64,000 nucleotides of DNA from Ramlibacter sp. (GCA_035460205.1 DATHWV010000066.1:33411-97410), one strand, 5' to 3'. Shown: positions 31,762-43,901, counted from the first letter of the stretch. Notes: generated from the sequence alone by a model not told the origin. Program-made: numbers and translations.

Positions 31762-34293
31762 TCAAAGGGATGCGGGTTCCGTGGCAGCCGGGTCGTCTGC
31801 AGCCGCGTGGTTGGCCGCATGGCCGGCCAGCCAGGCCATCATGGCTTCGGCGGGCATCGGCCGGGCCAGCAGGTAGCCCTGGATGCCATCGCAGCCGAGC
31901 GATTGCAGCCGGGCCTGCTGCTCGGCGTTCTCGACGCCCTCGGCGACCACGCGCAGGTTCATCTTGCGCGACATGGCGATGATGGCTTCGGCAATCGCGG
32001 CGTCGTCGCCACCGGCCTGCGAGATGCCCTGGATGAAGCTGCGGTCGATCTTCAGGGCCTGCAGCGGCAGCTGCTTCAGGTAGGCGAAGTTGGTGTAGCC
32101 GGTGCCGAAGTCGTCGATGGCGAACAGCACGCCCATCTGGTGCAGCCGGCGCAACAGCGCCAGCGCCTGCTCAGGGTCCTGCATCACGCTGGACTCGGTG
32201 ATCTCCAGCTCCAGGCGGTTCGCCGGCACGCCGCTGGCAGCCAAGGCGCGGGCCACGCTGAGGTCCAGCCCGGGGCGCTGCAGCTGGCGGGCCGAGAGGT
32301 TGACGGCCAGCAGCAGACCCAGCTGTCCTTGCTCGCGCCAGCGGCGCAGCTGCTGGCAGGCTTCGTTGAGCACCCAGTCGCCAATGTCCAGGATCAAGCC
32401 GGTTTCCTCGGCCAGCGGGATGAAGTCGTTCGGCGGGATCAGGCCTTCGCGCGGGTGCAGCCAGCGCACCAGCGCTTCGACGCCGCGCACCCTGCCCGTC
32501 AACAGGTCCATCTGCGGCTGGTAGTGCAGCAGCAGTTCGTGGCGCTCGATGGCGCGGCGCAGGTCGTTTTCCAGGCGCAGCTTGTCGTGCGCGCGGGCGT
32601 CCATCTCGGGGCTGAAGAAGCGGTAGTCGTTGCGGCCAGCGCCCTTGGCCTTGTAAAGCGCGGTGTCGGCGAACTTCAGCAACGTCTCGGCATCGTCGCC
32701 ATCGCGCGGGAACAGGCTCACGCCCAGGCTGCAGGTGACGTGCAGCTCGTGGCCGTCGATCTGGAACGGGCGCGACAGCGAGGCCATCAGCTTCTCGGCG
32801 ACGTGCGCCGGATCGGCCAGGTCCTCGATGTCCGGCAGCACGATGACAAATTCGTCGCCACCGAGGCGGGCGACGGTGTCGTCCTCGCGCAGCACCGCGC
32901 GCAGCCGTTCGGCCACGCACTTGAGCATCTCGTCGCCGACCAGGTGGCCCAGCGTGTCGTTGATGGTCTTGAACCGATCCAGGTCCAGGAACAGCAGCGC
33001 CATCTGGCCGCGCTGGCGTTGCGCATGGGCCAGCGCCAGCGCGAGGCGGTCCATCAGCAGGCTGCGGTTGGGCAGGCCGGTCAATGCATCGTGATACGCC
33101 AGATGCTGGATGCGCGCTTCCTGCTGCTTGCGCTCGGTGATGTCCTGCACCACGCCGGCACGGCGGAAGGGCTGGCCCGACTCGTCGTTGGCCGGGTAGC
33201 CGCGCATGGCGATGTGGCGCAGCTGGCCGTCGGGCCGCAGGATGCGGCATTCAAGCGAGAAATGGCCGTCCACCGCGGCGGCCAGCGCCTTCGTCACCAT
33301 GCCCAGGTCGTCCGGATGCACCACGCGCTGCCAAGCCATCCAGTCTTGCTGCAGCGCGGTGGGCGGCTCGCCCCAGATGCGCTCGAAACCGGGGCTGACG
33401 TAGAGCACGCTGCGGCGCTGTGGGTCGGCCAGCCAGAAGGTGTCGCCAATGGCGCTGGCCATCTGCTGGAAGCGGGCCTCGCTGTCGCGCAGCGCGCCGC
33501 GCTCGCGCTCCAGCTGCACCCGGAAATGCGCGCTCTCGATGGCCATCGGCAGCCGGCGCAACATGTCGTCTTGCTTGACCAGGTAGTCGGTGGCGCCGAG
33601 CTTCAGGGTCTGGATCGCACTGTCCTCGTCGCCATGGCCGGTGATGATGAGGATGGGCAGGTCCAGGTCGCGCTCCTGGCGCAGCAGCTTGACCAGTTCC
33701 AACGCGTTCATGCCCGGCAGCTGGAAGTCCAGCAGCAGCACTTGCGGCATCTCGGGGCCGCCCGCATCCAGGCGCGCAATGACCTGCTCGCCGGTGCTGA
33801 CGGCCGAAACCAGGATGTGCGGCGCGAAGCGCATCAGGTGGCGGGCCAGCAGGTCCACGTCGGTGGCGCTGCGCTCGGCGTAGAGCACGCGGATGGGCTT
33901 GGCGCGCTGGTCGCTGGCAAAGCGGAACCGGGTCCAGGCGACCTGCAGCAGCAGCGGCAGGCGGTCCAGGTAGGCACCCTGCTTGACGATGTAGTCATCG
34001 GCCCCGCCGCGCAAGGCGGCGACCACGGTGGCCTCGTCGCCCGAGCCGGTCAGCATCACGACAGCCAGCGGCAGGTTGCGCTCGCGCACGCGCTGCAGCA
34101 GCTCCAGGCCGTTGCCATCGGGCAAGCGCATGTCGAGCAGCAGCATGTCCGGCAGCTCGCCTTCGTCCAGCAGGCGGCGGGCGCTGGCCAGGTCACCCGC
34201 GGTGGTGAGCTGCAGATGCGGCGCGCTGCGGGCCAGGCTGCGGCGCGTCAGGTCGGCGTCCTGCGCGTTGTCTTCGACATAAAGCACCTTCAT
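31762..34293 (-). CDS. REC-REC-PAS-GGDEF-EAL c-di-GMP cyclase/phosphodiesterase
   Basis: Two receiver domains, a PAS/PAC domain (YVSPGFERIWG, VHPDD), DALTGLPNR, RLGGDEF, EALVRW, DDFGTGY, VVAEGVE. Confidence 0.95.
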   Translation of the reverse strand: MKVLYVEDNAQDADLTRRSLARSAPHLQLTTAGDLASARRLLDEGELPDMLLLDMRLPDGNGLELLQRVRERNLPLAVVMLTGSGDEATVVAALRGGADDYIVKQGAYLDRLPLLLQVAWTRFRFASDQRAKPIRVLYAERSATDVDLLARHLMRFAPHILVSAVSTGEQVIARLDAGGPEMPQVLLLDFQLPGMNALELVKLLRQERDLDLPILIITGHGDEDSAIQTLKLGATDYLVKQDDMLRRLPMAIESAHFRVQLERERGALRDSEARFQQMASAIGDTFWLADPQRRSVLYVSPGFERIWGEPPTALQQDWMAWQRVVHPDDLGMVTKALAAAVDGHFSLECRILRPDGQLRHIAMRGYPANDESGQPFRRAGVVQDITERKQQEARIQHLAYHDALTGLPNRSLLMDRLALALAHAQRQRGQMALLFLDLDRFKTINDTLGHLVGDEMLKCVAERLRAVLREDDTVARLGGDEFVIVLPDIEDLADPAHVAEKLMASLSRPFQIDGHELHVTCSLGVSLFPRDGDDAETLLKFADTALYKAKGAGRNDYRFFSPEMDARAHDKLRLENDLRRAIERHELLLHYQPQMDLLTGRVRGVEALVRWLHPREGLIPPNDFIPLAEETGLILDIGDWVLNEACQQLRRWREQGQLGLLLAVNLSARQLQRPGLDLSVARALAASGVPANRLELEITESSVMQDPEQALALLRRLHQMGVLFAIDDFGTGYTNFAYLKQLPLQALKIDRSFIQGISQAGGDDAAIAEAIIAMSRKMNLRVVAEGVENAEQQARLQSLGCDGIQGYLLARPMPAEAMMAWLAGHAANHAAADDPAATEPASL

Positions 34294-34313
34294 GCGCGAC
34301 CGGACTTCCTGGC

Positions 34314-34730
34314 TCAGTTTTGATTCAGCACGCACCAGTACAGGTCGATCTGCGCGGCGACTTCGATGAACTTCTCGAACTCGACCGGCTTGACGATGTA
34401 CGAGTTGACGCCCAGGCCGTAGGCGGTGGCCACGTCGGCATCCTCGCGCGAGGTGGTCAGCACGACGACCGGGATGCGCGAACAAAGCGGGTGGGCCTTG
34501 AACTGGCGCAGCACCTCCAGCCCCGAGACGCGCGGCAGCTTCAGGTCCAGCAGGATGACCACCGGCAGCGGCTCGCCGGCTTCCCAGCGGGGCAGCCAAT
34601 CCAGTGCCTCTTCGCCATCGCGGGCAACGGCAAGCGGGTTGGCAATGTGCCGCTTGGCAAAGGCCCGGCGCGTCAGGTCGACGTCCATCGGGTTGTCCTC
34701 GACCAGCAGGATAGGCCGGTTACCGCTCAT
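34314..34730 (-). CDS. Single-domain response regulator (Rcp1-like)
   Basis: ILLVEDNPMD, LLDLKLP, PVVVLTTS, YGLGVNSYIVKP. Confidence 0.93.
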   Translation of the reverse strand: MSGNRPILLVEDNPMDVDLTRRAFAKRHIANPLAVARDGEEALDWLPRWEAGEPLPVVILLDLKLPRVSGLEVLRQFKAHPLCSRIPVVVLTTSREDADVATAYGLGVNSYIVKPVEFEKFIEVAAQIDLYWCVLNQN

Positions 34731-34814
34731 TGCCCATGCTCCGGCCCCAGGGCCCAGGTTGGAAAACCTGAGAATACAGCCAAGCCCTGGCTGGCAGCAG
34801 GGTGGGCACCGGCA

Positions 34815-36731
34815 TCAGAGCGGCAGCTCGATGAAAAAGTGCGCACCTTGACCAGTCACGCTCTCGGCCCAGACCCGGCCCTGCATGCGCTCGACCGCCT
34901 TGCGCACGATGGCCAGGCCCACGCCGGTGCCGGGGTAGTCCTCGGCGCGGTGCAGGCGCTGGAAGATCTCGAAGATGCGCTCGGCATAGCGCATGTCGAA
35001 GCCCGAGCCGTTGTCCCGCACCTCGATGCGGCAGCGGCCTTCATGTTCGGCGCAGCGCAGCCGGATGCGGCGCTCCGCCTGCCCTTGCGTGAACTTCAGC
35101 GCGTTGTCCAGCAGGTTGCGCACGGCCATCGTCAGGCCCTCGCGCTCGCCGGTGGCCCGGGTGCAGCTCAAGTCCTGTTCCAGCGTGACTTGGCCCTGGT
35201 CCAGCTCGCGTTGGTATTCGCCCACCAGGCGGTTGATGACCGCGGCCGGGTCGATGCTGCTCAGCGTGGGCCGGCTGCGTTCGACACGTGAGTAGGCCAG
35301 CAGGTCGTCGATCAACTGGCCCATGTGCACGGTGGCCTTGCGGATGGTGTCGACGAAAAACCGGCCCTCCTCGTCCAGCTTGTCGGCATGGTCGGTCAGC
35401 AGCAGCCGGCTGTAGCCGTCGATGCCGCGCAGCGGGGCCTTCAGGTCGTGCGAGACGGAATACGAAAACGCCTCCATCTCCCGGTGCCGCGCCTCCAGCT
35501 CGGCAGTCCGCTCGGCCACGCGGGCTTCCAGTTCGGCGTTGGTGCGCAGGACTTGCTCCTCGACCTGCTTGCGCGCCGTGACCTCGTGCAGGAAACCGTG
35601 CCAGGCGATCGCGCCGTCTGCCTCGGTGACCGGCGTGACATGCATCTCGACCCACAGCAGGCCGCGCTGCGGATGCCGCACCCGGAACTCCTCCCGGCAA
35701 CGCGCCATGCTTTGCGCCGAGGCCTCCATGGACTGGCGCAATCGCTCGCGATCCTCCGGCACGATGACGTCGCGCGGGTCGTGCGCGCCCGCGCTCGTGC
35801 CAGCACTCAGGCCGTAGGCCTCTGCCACCTTGGGGTTGGCCAATTGCACGCTGACCATGCCGTCCGCGGCGCGGCGGTAGGTCATCAGCACACCCGGCGC
35901 GGTGGCCACCAGGCGCAGCAACTGGGCCTCGGCCGCCAGCCGCTGGCGCTGCTGCTGCTGGGCTTCGTGCGCCGCGGTGATGTCTTCGATCAGGCCCGCC
36001 ATGTGGGTCATCTGGCCGGTCGCGTCGCGCACCGGGTAGGCGTGGTCGCGCACCCAGATCATCGAGCCGTCCGGCCGCAGCACCCGGTACTCTGTCTCGT
36101 ATTGGCCCGTCGTCGCAGCGGCCACAAAGTCGGCCGCGACCTGGTCCCGGTCCTCGGCGTGGATGCCGGCCAGCCACACGGCATGGCAGTCCGCCAGGTC
36201 CGGCCGGCATTCCTGGCCCCACATGCGCCAGAAGGCCGGGCTGACATACAGCGTGCGCCGCTCACCCGGCCGGCTGAGCCAGATGGCATCGCCTGTCGCC
36301 TGGGTGAACAACCGGAAGTGCTGTTCGCTTTGCCGCAGCACCGCCCAGTCGGCCGCGGCACTGCCGCCGGGCCAGCTGAGGCAACGCATCCAGCCGCCTT
36401 CGCGGATCGCCCAGGGGCCGGCCTGCAAAGGGCCGGTCAGCACCGGGCCCGAGGGACCGCGCAGCGGCAAGGCCGGCACCGCCAACGGCAAGGCCGCGCC
36501 GCCCGGCATGGCCAGCAGCGGGTCCAAAGACTGCCCAGGTTGCGCCAGCCAATCGGCCAGCGCCTGGCCAGCCAGCGCTTCAACCGGCCTGTCCAGCGCC
36601 TGCGCCAGTGCCAGGTTCACCTGCAGCAGCTTGCCATGCTCGTCAACCACCGCCATCGGCTCGGTGGCGGCTTGCCAGCAGGCGGCGGCCACGGCATCGA
36701 CATCGGCCTGGTTCGGCGCTCCGGATCTCAT
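34815..36731 (-). CDS. Cytoplasmic multi-PAS sensor histidine kinase
   Basis: Three PAS-like segments, H-box FSYSVSHDLKAPLR, NLLDNALKF, DNGSGF, FQRLH...GTGVGL. No TM helix. Start uncertain. Confidence 0.92.
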   Translation of the reverse strand: MRSGAPNQADVDAVAAACWQAATEPMAVVDEHGKLLQVNLALAQALDRPVEALAGQALADWLAQPGQSLDPLLAMPGGAALPLAVPALPLRGPSGPVLTGPLQAGPWAIREGGWMRCLSWPGGSAAADWAVLRQSEQHFRLFTQATGDAIWLSRPGERRTLYVSPAFWRMWGQECRPDLADCHAVWLAGIHAEDRDQVAADFVAAATTGQYETEYRVLRPDGSMIWVRDHAYPVRDATGQMTHMAGLIEDITAAHEAQQQQRQRLAAEAQLLRLVATAPGVLMTYRRAADGMVSVQLANPKVAEAYGLSAGTSAGAHDPRDVIVPEDRERLRQSMEASAQSMARCREEFRVRHPQRGLLWVEMHVTPVTEADGAIAWHGFLHEVTARKQVEEQVLRTNAELEARVAERTAELEARHREMEAFSYSVSHDLKAPLRGIDGYSRLLLTDHADKLDEEGRFFVDTIRKATVHMGQLIDDLLAYSRVERSRPTLSSIDPAAVINRLVGEYQRELDQGQVTLEQDLSCTRATGEREGLTMAVRNLLDNALKFTQGQAERRIRLRCAEHEGRCRIEVRDNGSGFDMRYAERIFEIFQRLHRAEDYPGTGVGLAIVRKAVERMQGRVWAESVTGQGAHFFIELPL

Positions 36732-36877
36732 GCAAACCTCCCACCGATTCGCTGCGACTGCTCGCGCCGCGAAGAGCGCAAGGGACCGCTGGATTCTGCG
36801 ATGCCGCCGCGCGCCGCACCATCCGCAATGCCACGCAGCAGCCCTCGCGCCGCCGGCAAGCGTGGAATACTTGCAGC

Positions 36878-37369
36878 ATGTCCAGCAGCTCCGCCCCCTA
36901 CGCCTCGCCGCTCGGCGCCCATGGCCTGCCCGAAAGCCGCGGCGCAGTCTCGCCAAGCGGCAAGCAAATCCGGCAGGACCTGCTCGCCGCCGAGGCCGTG
37001 CCGCCGATTGCCGAGGCCATGCCGCCAGGCCAGCTGTTCTTCAGTGCAAAAGGCCGCATCTCGCGCCGCGGCTTCTGGGGCGGCATGCTGGGACTGGCGG
37101 CGCTGGGCGTCGTGCTGGCCGCACTGTTGAACATCGCTGGCTTCCGCGGCGAACGGGTCGAGGGCCTGGTCAATCTGCTGCTGGCCTGGCCGGCCTTCGC
37201 CGTGTCCGCCAAGCGCTGGCACGACCGCGACCGCAGCGCCTGGTGGGTGCTCGTGGCCCTGGTCCCCGTGGTCGGCTTCCTGTGGCTGCTGGTGGTCAAC
37301 GGCCTGCTGCCCGGCATGAAGGGCGACAACCGGTTCGGGCCACAGCCGCAGCACATCCGCCTGGGCTGA
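36878..37369 (+). CDS. DUF805-family inner-membrane protein
   Basis: FFSAKGRISR..FW, AKRWHDRDRSAWW, LPG..GDNRFGP. Confidence 0.85.
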   Translation: MSSSSAPYASPLGAHGLPESRGAVSPSGKQIRQDLLAAEAVPPIAEAMPPGQLFFSAKGRISRRGFWGGMLGLAALGVVLAALLNIAGFRGERVEGLVNLLLAWPAFAVSAKRWHDRDRSAWWVLVALVPVVGFLWLLVVNGLLPGMKGDNRFGPQPQHIRLG

Positions 37370-37384
37370 CCCGCGGCGCCAGAG

Positions 37385-38698
37385 TCAGTACCGCTCGCTG
37401 GACCCCGCCAGCCGCAGGTACCAATGCGCCAGCCAGGCCACCAGGCCGCGGCCCAGCATCGCGCTGAGGCCGGTGCGCAGCGGGGCGACGAGGATGCGGC
37501 TGGACACGGCCATGGCCTGGTCCAGTTCCTCGCTGAGGGCGGCGGCAAAGCCGGTGTCGCGCACAACGATGTTGGCTTCCAGGTTCAGCAGCAGGGACAG
37601 CGGGTCGACGTTGGAACTGCCGACCGTGGCCCATTCATCGTCGGCCACTGCCGCCTTGGCATGCAGGAAAGCGGGGGTGTATTCGTAGACCTCGACGCCC
37701 GCGGTCAGCAACTCGTCGTACATGACACGCGCCGCCAGTCCGGCCAACCGGTAGTCCAGCTTGCCCTGCAACAGCAGGCGGACCTGAACGCCACGCCGCG
37801 CGGCCTTGATCAGTGCGCGCCTGAAACTGCGGCCGGGATAGAAGTACGGCGTCACCAGCTGGACGCGGGCATTCGCCATGCGGATCGCATCGATCATGCA
37901 GCGCTCGATGGTGCGGCGCTGGCGCAGGTTGTCGCGCACCACGAAGGCTGCGACCACCGGCGTGTCGTCGGCCAAGGGTGGCGGCGTGGCCGGCAGCAGG
38001 TGCATGCGCCGCAGCAGCTTGCGCGCGGCCCGCACCGGCTCGGCGCTGCGGGCGAGCTGCAGCGTTTCCTTGCGCCAATCGCGGCCGAAGGTGGCGCGGG
38101 TCCACACCGCGCGCACGGTCTGCTCGATGGGCGCGACCACCGGGCCGTGCAGCGCCACCGCGAAGTCCAGCCGCGGCGCATCGCTGAAGCCATGGTGCAG
38201 GTCGTTGCGATCGTCGATCACATTGATGCCACCGACAAATGCGCGCGTGCCGTCCACCACGCACAGCTTCTGGTGCAGCCGCCGCAGCTGGCCCGGCTGC
38301 AGCCAGTTCCACCAGCGCGTCAGCGGCCGGAAGACCGCCAGGTCCACAGCGTTGTCGCTGAACCAGCGCTTGACCGTCGTCAGGCTGTGGCTGCTGCCAA
38401 AGCCGTCCACCACCACCCTGACCCGCACACCGCGCCGGGCAGCCGCGATCAACGCCTTGGCCACGGCCTCGGAGGCGGGGTCGTCATGGAAGATGTAGGT
38501 CGCCAGCCAGACCTCGTGCAGCGCCTGCTCGATGGCGCGCACCATCGCGGGAAACAACTCGTCGCCGCCGCGCAGCAGCGCCACCTCGTTGCCACTGAGG
38601 AAAACGGGCTTGGACTGGGTGTACCAGGCACCGGGAAACTGGAAGCCGTCGGATGCGGGCGCTTCATCGGGGACCGACGCGGCCGGCTGCACGGCCAT
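37385..38698 (-). CDS. clsB: Cardiolipin synthase B (phospholipase D family)
   Basis: Two HKD motifs (LHQKLCVVDG, LHAKAAVADD), GGIN, GSSNVD, TPYFYP. Follows a YbhP-like EEP gene. Confidence 0.9.
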   Translation of the reverse strand: MAVQPAASVPDEAPASDGFQFPGAWYTQSKPVFLSGNEVALLRGGDELFPAMVRAIEQALHEVWLATYIFHDDPASEAVAKALIAAARRGVRVRVVVDGFGSSHSLTTVKRWFSDNAVDLAVFRPLTRWWNWLQPGQLRRLHQKLCVVDGTRAFVGGINVIDDRNDLHHGFSDAPRLDFAVALHGPVVAPIEQTVRAVWTRATFGRDWRKETLQLARSAEPVRAARKLLRRMHLLPATPPPLADDTPVVAAFVVRDNLRQRRTIERCMIDAIRMANARVQLVTPYFYPGRSFRRALIKAARRGVQVRLLLQGKLDYRLAGLAARVMYDELLTAGVEVYEYTPAFLHAKAAVADDEWATVGSSNVDPLSLLLNLEANIVVRDTGFAAALSEELDQAMAVSSRILVAPLRTGLSAMLGRGLVAWLAHWYLRLAGSSERY

Positions 38699-39525
38699 CA
38701 GGCAGGCTCCAGTTCCGCCAGCAACGGCAGGTGATCGGACATGCGGGCCCAGGCACTGCCGCGCGGCACGGTGGTGCGCACGCAGCGAAAGCCGCGCATG
38801 TAGACCCGGTCCAGCGCGAACACCGGCACGCGTGACGGGAAGGTCGGCGTGTTCGTGGCCTGCGGCGGCGTCGCGCGCTGCAGGCCCATGGCCTGCATGG
38901 GCCCGTCCAGCCGCTCGCCCCAGTCGTTGAAGTCACCGGCGACCAGCAGCGGCGCACCGGCCGGCACGGTCTGCTCGATGAAGGCCGCCAGCCGCTGCAC
39001 CTGGCGCAGCCGGCTGGAATGGATCAGCCCGAAGTGCGCGACGACTGCGTGCACCTCCATGCCCTGCCACTTCACCGGCACGTGCAGCAGGCCGCGTTGT
39101 TCGAAACGGTGGTCCGACACATCGTGGTGGCCAATGTTGCCCATGGGCCAGCGCGACAGCAGCGCGTTGCCATGCTCGCCGTGGCGAGTCACGCAGTTGG
39201 TGTGATACGCCGCACCGTAACCGTCAGGTGCCAGGAATTCGGCCTGCCCCTGCTCCGGCCAGCCGCCATGGGTGCGCTGGAACTGCCGCGACTCGCGGGC
39301 GTGGAACAGGCGCACCTCCTGCAGGAACACCAGGTCCGCGTCCAGCGACTCGATGCCCAGCCCGAGGTTGTGGATCTCCAGCCGCTTCGTCGGCCCCATG
39401 CCGCGCACACCCTTGTGGATGTTGTAGGTCGCCACGCGCAGCGGCCCGCCCAGCGTGCTGCCCGGTGCGTAGCTGCTGGCGAATGCGGACGAGCGGAACG
39501 AATGGGCTTGCACCGGTGGTGTCAT
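38698..39525 (-). CDS. Endonuclease/exonuclease/phosphatase family protein (YbhP-like)
   Basis: ATYNIHKG, LQEV, HGNALLS, AGDFNDW, LDRVY, SDHLP. Confidence 0.92.
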   Translation of the reverse strand: MTPPVQAHSFRSSAFASSYAPGSTLGGPLRVATYNIHKGVRGMGPTKRLEIHNLGLGIESLDADLVFLQEVRLFHARESRQFQRTHGGWPEQGQAEFLAPDGYGAAYHTNCVTRHGEHGNALLSRWPMGNIGHHDVSDHRFEQRGLLHVPVKWQGMEVHAVVAHFGLIHSSRLRQVQRLAAFIEQTVPAGAPLLVAGDFNDWGERLDGPMQAMGLQRATPPQATNTPTFPSRVPVFALDRVYMRGFRCVRTTVPRGSAWARMSDHLPLLAELEPA

Positions 39526-40019
39526 CGGATCTCGGGGAAGTTGGGGAGTTGCAGGATGGCTTCGGCGTTTGACGGCGAGAAGCAGCGGTCTGCCGCCTCG
39601 CGCCAAGGCAGCCAAGCGTAAGCCGTGTGCTCACGGGGCGCCAGTCGCACCGCGGTCCCGGCCGGCACGCAAAGCCCGAACACATGCTCGGTGTTGTGCG
39701 TCACGCCTTCGGCATAGCGATGGCGCCAGCGCGGGTAGATCTCGTAGACATTGGCCAGGTCCCAGTCGTGCAGCGCACTGGCCGGCACGCCGCCAGCGCC
39801 GATCACGATGCCGGTCTCCTCCGCCACTTCGCGGGCACAGGTCACGTCCAGCGGTTCGTCCAGGCCGTCCTTGGAGCCGGTCACGCTCTGCCAAAAGCCG
39901 GGCGCATCTGCACGCTCCATCAGCAAAACGTCCAGCGCCGCAGTGTGGATCACCACCAGCACCGACTCCGGGATCTTGGCGGGCCGAGGCGCCACCGCTT
40001 CATGGACTGCTTCGGTCAT
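39522..40019 (-). CDS. nudB: Dihydroneopterin triphosphate diphosphatase (Nudix)
   Basis: KIPESVLVVIH, FWQSVTGS, Nudix REVAEETG, YEIYP.WRHRY, NTEH. Confidence 0.92.
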   Translation of the reverse strand: MTEAVHEAVAPRPAKIPESVLVVIHTAALDVLLMERADAPGFWQSVTGSKDGLDEPLDVTCAREVAEETGIVIGAGGVPASALHDWDLANVYEIYPRWRHRYAEGVTHNTEHVFGLCVPAGTAVRLAPREHTAYAWLPWREAADRCFSPSNAEAILQLPNFPEIR

Positions 40020-40163
40020 GGGGCGATGCTAGCGCGACCAGCGCCCGCCGCGTGCCGGACGGGGCCTACACGGCGCACAGGAGAAGGGTGACTCGTGCAG
40101 CGAAATGACACGAACGACGACTAGGATCAAAGCGGTCCCGCCCGCCTGAACCGCCGTCATCCC

Positions 40164-40853
40164 ATGAGACTTTCCTTCCTCGCCGCGCTGACGGCATCCA
40201 TCTGCCTCGCAGCCTGCGGCATTGCGCCGACCTCTCCCCTGTTCACCCCAACGGGCAGCTTCACCGCCACGCCTGGCACCAAGATTGGCATCGTGATGGT
40301 GGTGCTGCCCAAGATCACCACCGAATTCCCCGGCGCTGCATGCACGGACTGCATGGCCGCCGCCGCGACGACGCATCTGAGCCTCACGAACCACATGCAG
40401 CCCTTGACGGCCGAGGACCTCACCCAGGCCAAGGTCGAGATCGCGCGACTGTTGGAGGCCAAAGGCATGCAGGTGCGCGTGATGGACGCGGCGCTGGACC
40501 TCGGGCAGCTGCCTGCATTCACCGGCCGCCAGCCCGCAAGCGCATTGCGCGACTTCCGCGGCCTCAAAGCAAGCCACGGCGTGGACAAGCTGGCGGTGAT
40601 CGAGGTGACGTCGCTTGGTGTGCGCCGTGCTTACGCTGACTACAGGCCCCTGCGAGACCCGGAGGGCGTGCTGACCGGCGCCGCGTATGTCGTCAACCTC
40701 AGCGACAACACACTGGAGAGCTATCAGCCAGTCGAGGCGGTGGTGCAGGTGGAACGTGATTGGGACGACTCGCCGCACTTCCCGGCCCTCACTCGCAGCT
40801 ACTTCGACGCCTTGGCCTTGGGCAAGACTGCGCTGATCAAGCCGTTCCAGTGA
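40164..40853 (+). CDS. Hypothetical lipoprotein
   Basis: Lipobox LAA-C, 229-aa ORF, followed by a terminator. Confidence 0.72.
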   Translation: MRLSFLAALTASICLAACGIAPTSPLFTPTGSFTATPGTKIGIVMVVLPKITTEFPGAACTDCMAAAATTHLSLTNHMQPLTAEDLTQAKVEIARLLEAKGMQVRVMDAALDLGQLPAFTGRQPASALRDFRGLKASHGVDKLAVIEVTSLGVRRAYADYRPLRDPEGVLTGAAYVVNLSDNTLESYQPVEAVVQVERDWDDSPHFPALTRSYFDALALGKTALIKPFQ

Positions 40854-40875
40854 TCAGGCCACGCATCTGAAATTG

Positions 40876-40903
40876 AAAAAGGGCCCGAGGGCCCTTTTCC
40901 TTT
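40876..40903. terminator. Bidirectional intrinsic terminator between the lipoprotein gene and aspS
   Basis: AAAAAGGGCC-CGAG-GGCCCTTTT hairpin with A and T tracts on the two sides, between convergent genes. Confidence 0.85.
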
Positions 40904-40922
40904 GGTCAACGCGACGGCGGTC

Positions 40923-42713
<1,791 letters not shown>

Positions 42714-42820
42714 GGAAGAAGGCTCCGGAACTCTTGGATCGAAGGCCGCCGTGGCGGCGCAATGTTGGGCGCTGGCGGGCTGTGTCGCAAGCCCTCGGGG
42801 TTGAACGCGGGCCGCGGCGT

Positions 42821-43471
42821 TCAACCCGCCAGATTTCGCACCGGCTGCGACGGCAGGTGCAACGGGGGCGCGACGACGCCCATCGAGATGATGTACTTCA
42901 GCGCTTCGTCAACGCTCATCGCCAACGCGACGACATCGGCGCGCGGCACCATCAGGAAGAAGCCCGAGGTCGGGTTGGGCGTGGTCGGCACGTAGAGGCT
43001 GAGGTAGTCGCCGCTCAGGTGCTCGCCCGCCTCACCGCCCGGCCGACCGGTGACGAAGGCGATGGTCCACGAGCCCTGGCGCGGGTACTGCACCAGCACC
43101 GCCTCGCGGAAAGCGTTGCCGCTGCTGGAGAACAGCGTGTCCGAGACCTGCTTCACCGAGCTGTAGATCGACTTGACGATCGGAATCTGGTTCAGCAAGC
43201 GGCTGCCCTGGCGGAGCCACCATTGCCCGACGATGTTGGTCGCGAACATGCCGGTCAGCAACAAGCCGACCACCATCACGATGACGCCCAGGCCGGGGAT
43301 CTGCTTGAGCATCTCCAGCGGCGAATGCGCGGCCGCCGGCAGCAGCGCCTGCGAGGCGCTGAGCAGCCAGGCGAACACGCCGTCGAGCAGACCGAGCACC
43401 GCATGCAGGACCCAGATGGTGATGGCCAGCGGCAGCCAGACCAGCAGGCCGGCGATCAGGTACTTTTTCAA
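42821..43471 (-). CDS. DUF502-family membrane protein
   Basis: [32 protein letters not shown]; typical position upstream of aspS. TTG start. Confidence 0.9.
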   Translation of the reverse strand: MKKYLIAGLLVWLPLAITIWVLHAVLGLLDGVFAWLLSASQALLPAAAHSPLEMLKQIPGLGVIVMVVGLLLTGMFATNIVGQWWLRQGSRLLNQIPIVKSIYSSVKQVSDTLFSSSGNAFREAVLVQYPRQGSWTIAFVTGRPGGEAGEHLSGDYLSLYVPTTPNPTSGFFLMVPRADVVALAMSVDEALKYIISMGVVAPPLHLPSQPVRNLAG

Positions 43472-43514
43472 TCAGGGCTTTCGGACGGGGCGAAACGCGA
43501 TGCGCGGGGGCAGA

Positions 43515-43901
43515 TCAATGGCAGGCACAGGAGGAACCGCAGCCGCCCGCGGCGGCCGATGGCGTCGAGGTCGGGGCCGCGCCGCCGCCGGCATCACCGC
43601 CCGAGCTGCCGCCGCCGGAGTTCCCACCACCGCTGTCGGCGGCGGGCGCCGCTGCCGGCGTCGCGGCGGCAGTGCCATCCGTCTTGGGCGCCGTTGCAGC
43701 CGCGGCTGCGGGCTGGGCGCCATTGCGGAAGTCGGTGACGTACCACCCCGAGCCCTTGAGCTGGAACCCGGCAGCCGTGAGCTGCTTCTTGTAGGCGCTG
43801 GCGCCGCAGGAAGGACAGACCGTGAGCAGCGGATCGGAGATCTTCTGGAGCACGTCCTGCGCATGGCCGCAGGACTCGCAGCGATAAGCGTAGATCGGCA
43901 T
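43515..43901 (-). CDS. FmdB-family zinc-ribbon protein
   Basis: MPIYAYRCESCG, CPSCG, FQLKGSGWYVTDF; low-complexity tail ending GCGSSCACH. Confidence 0.92.
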   Translation of the reverse strand: MPIYAYRCESCGHAQDVLQKISDPLLTVCPSCGASAYKKQLTAAGFQLKGSGWYVTDFRNGAQPAAAAATAPKTDGTAAATPAAAPAADSGGGNSGGGSSGGDAGGGAAPTSTPSAAAGGCGSSCACH

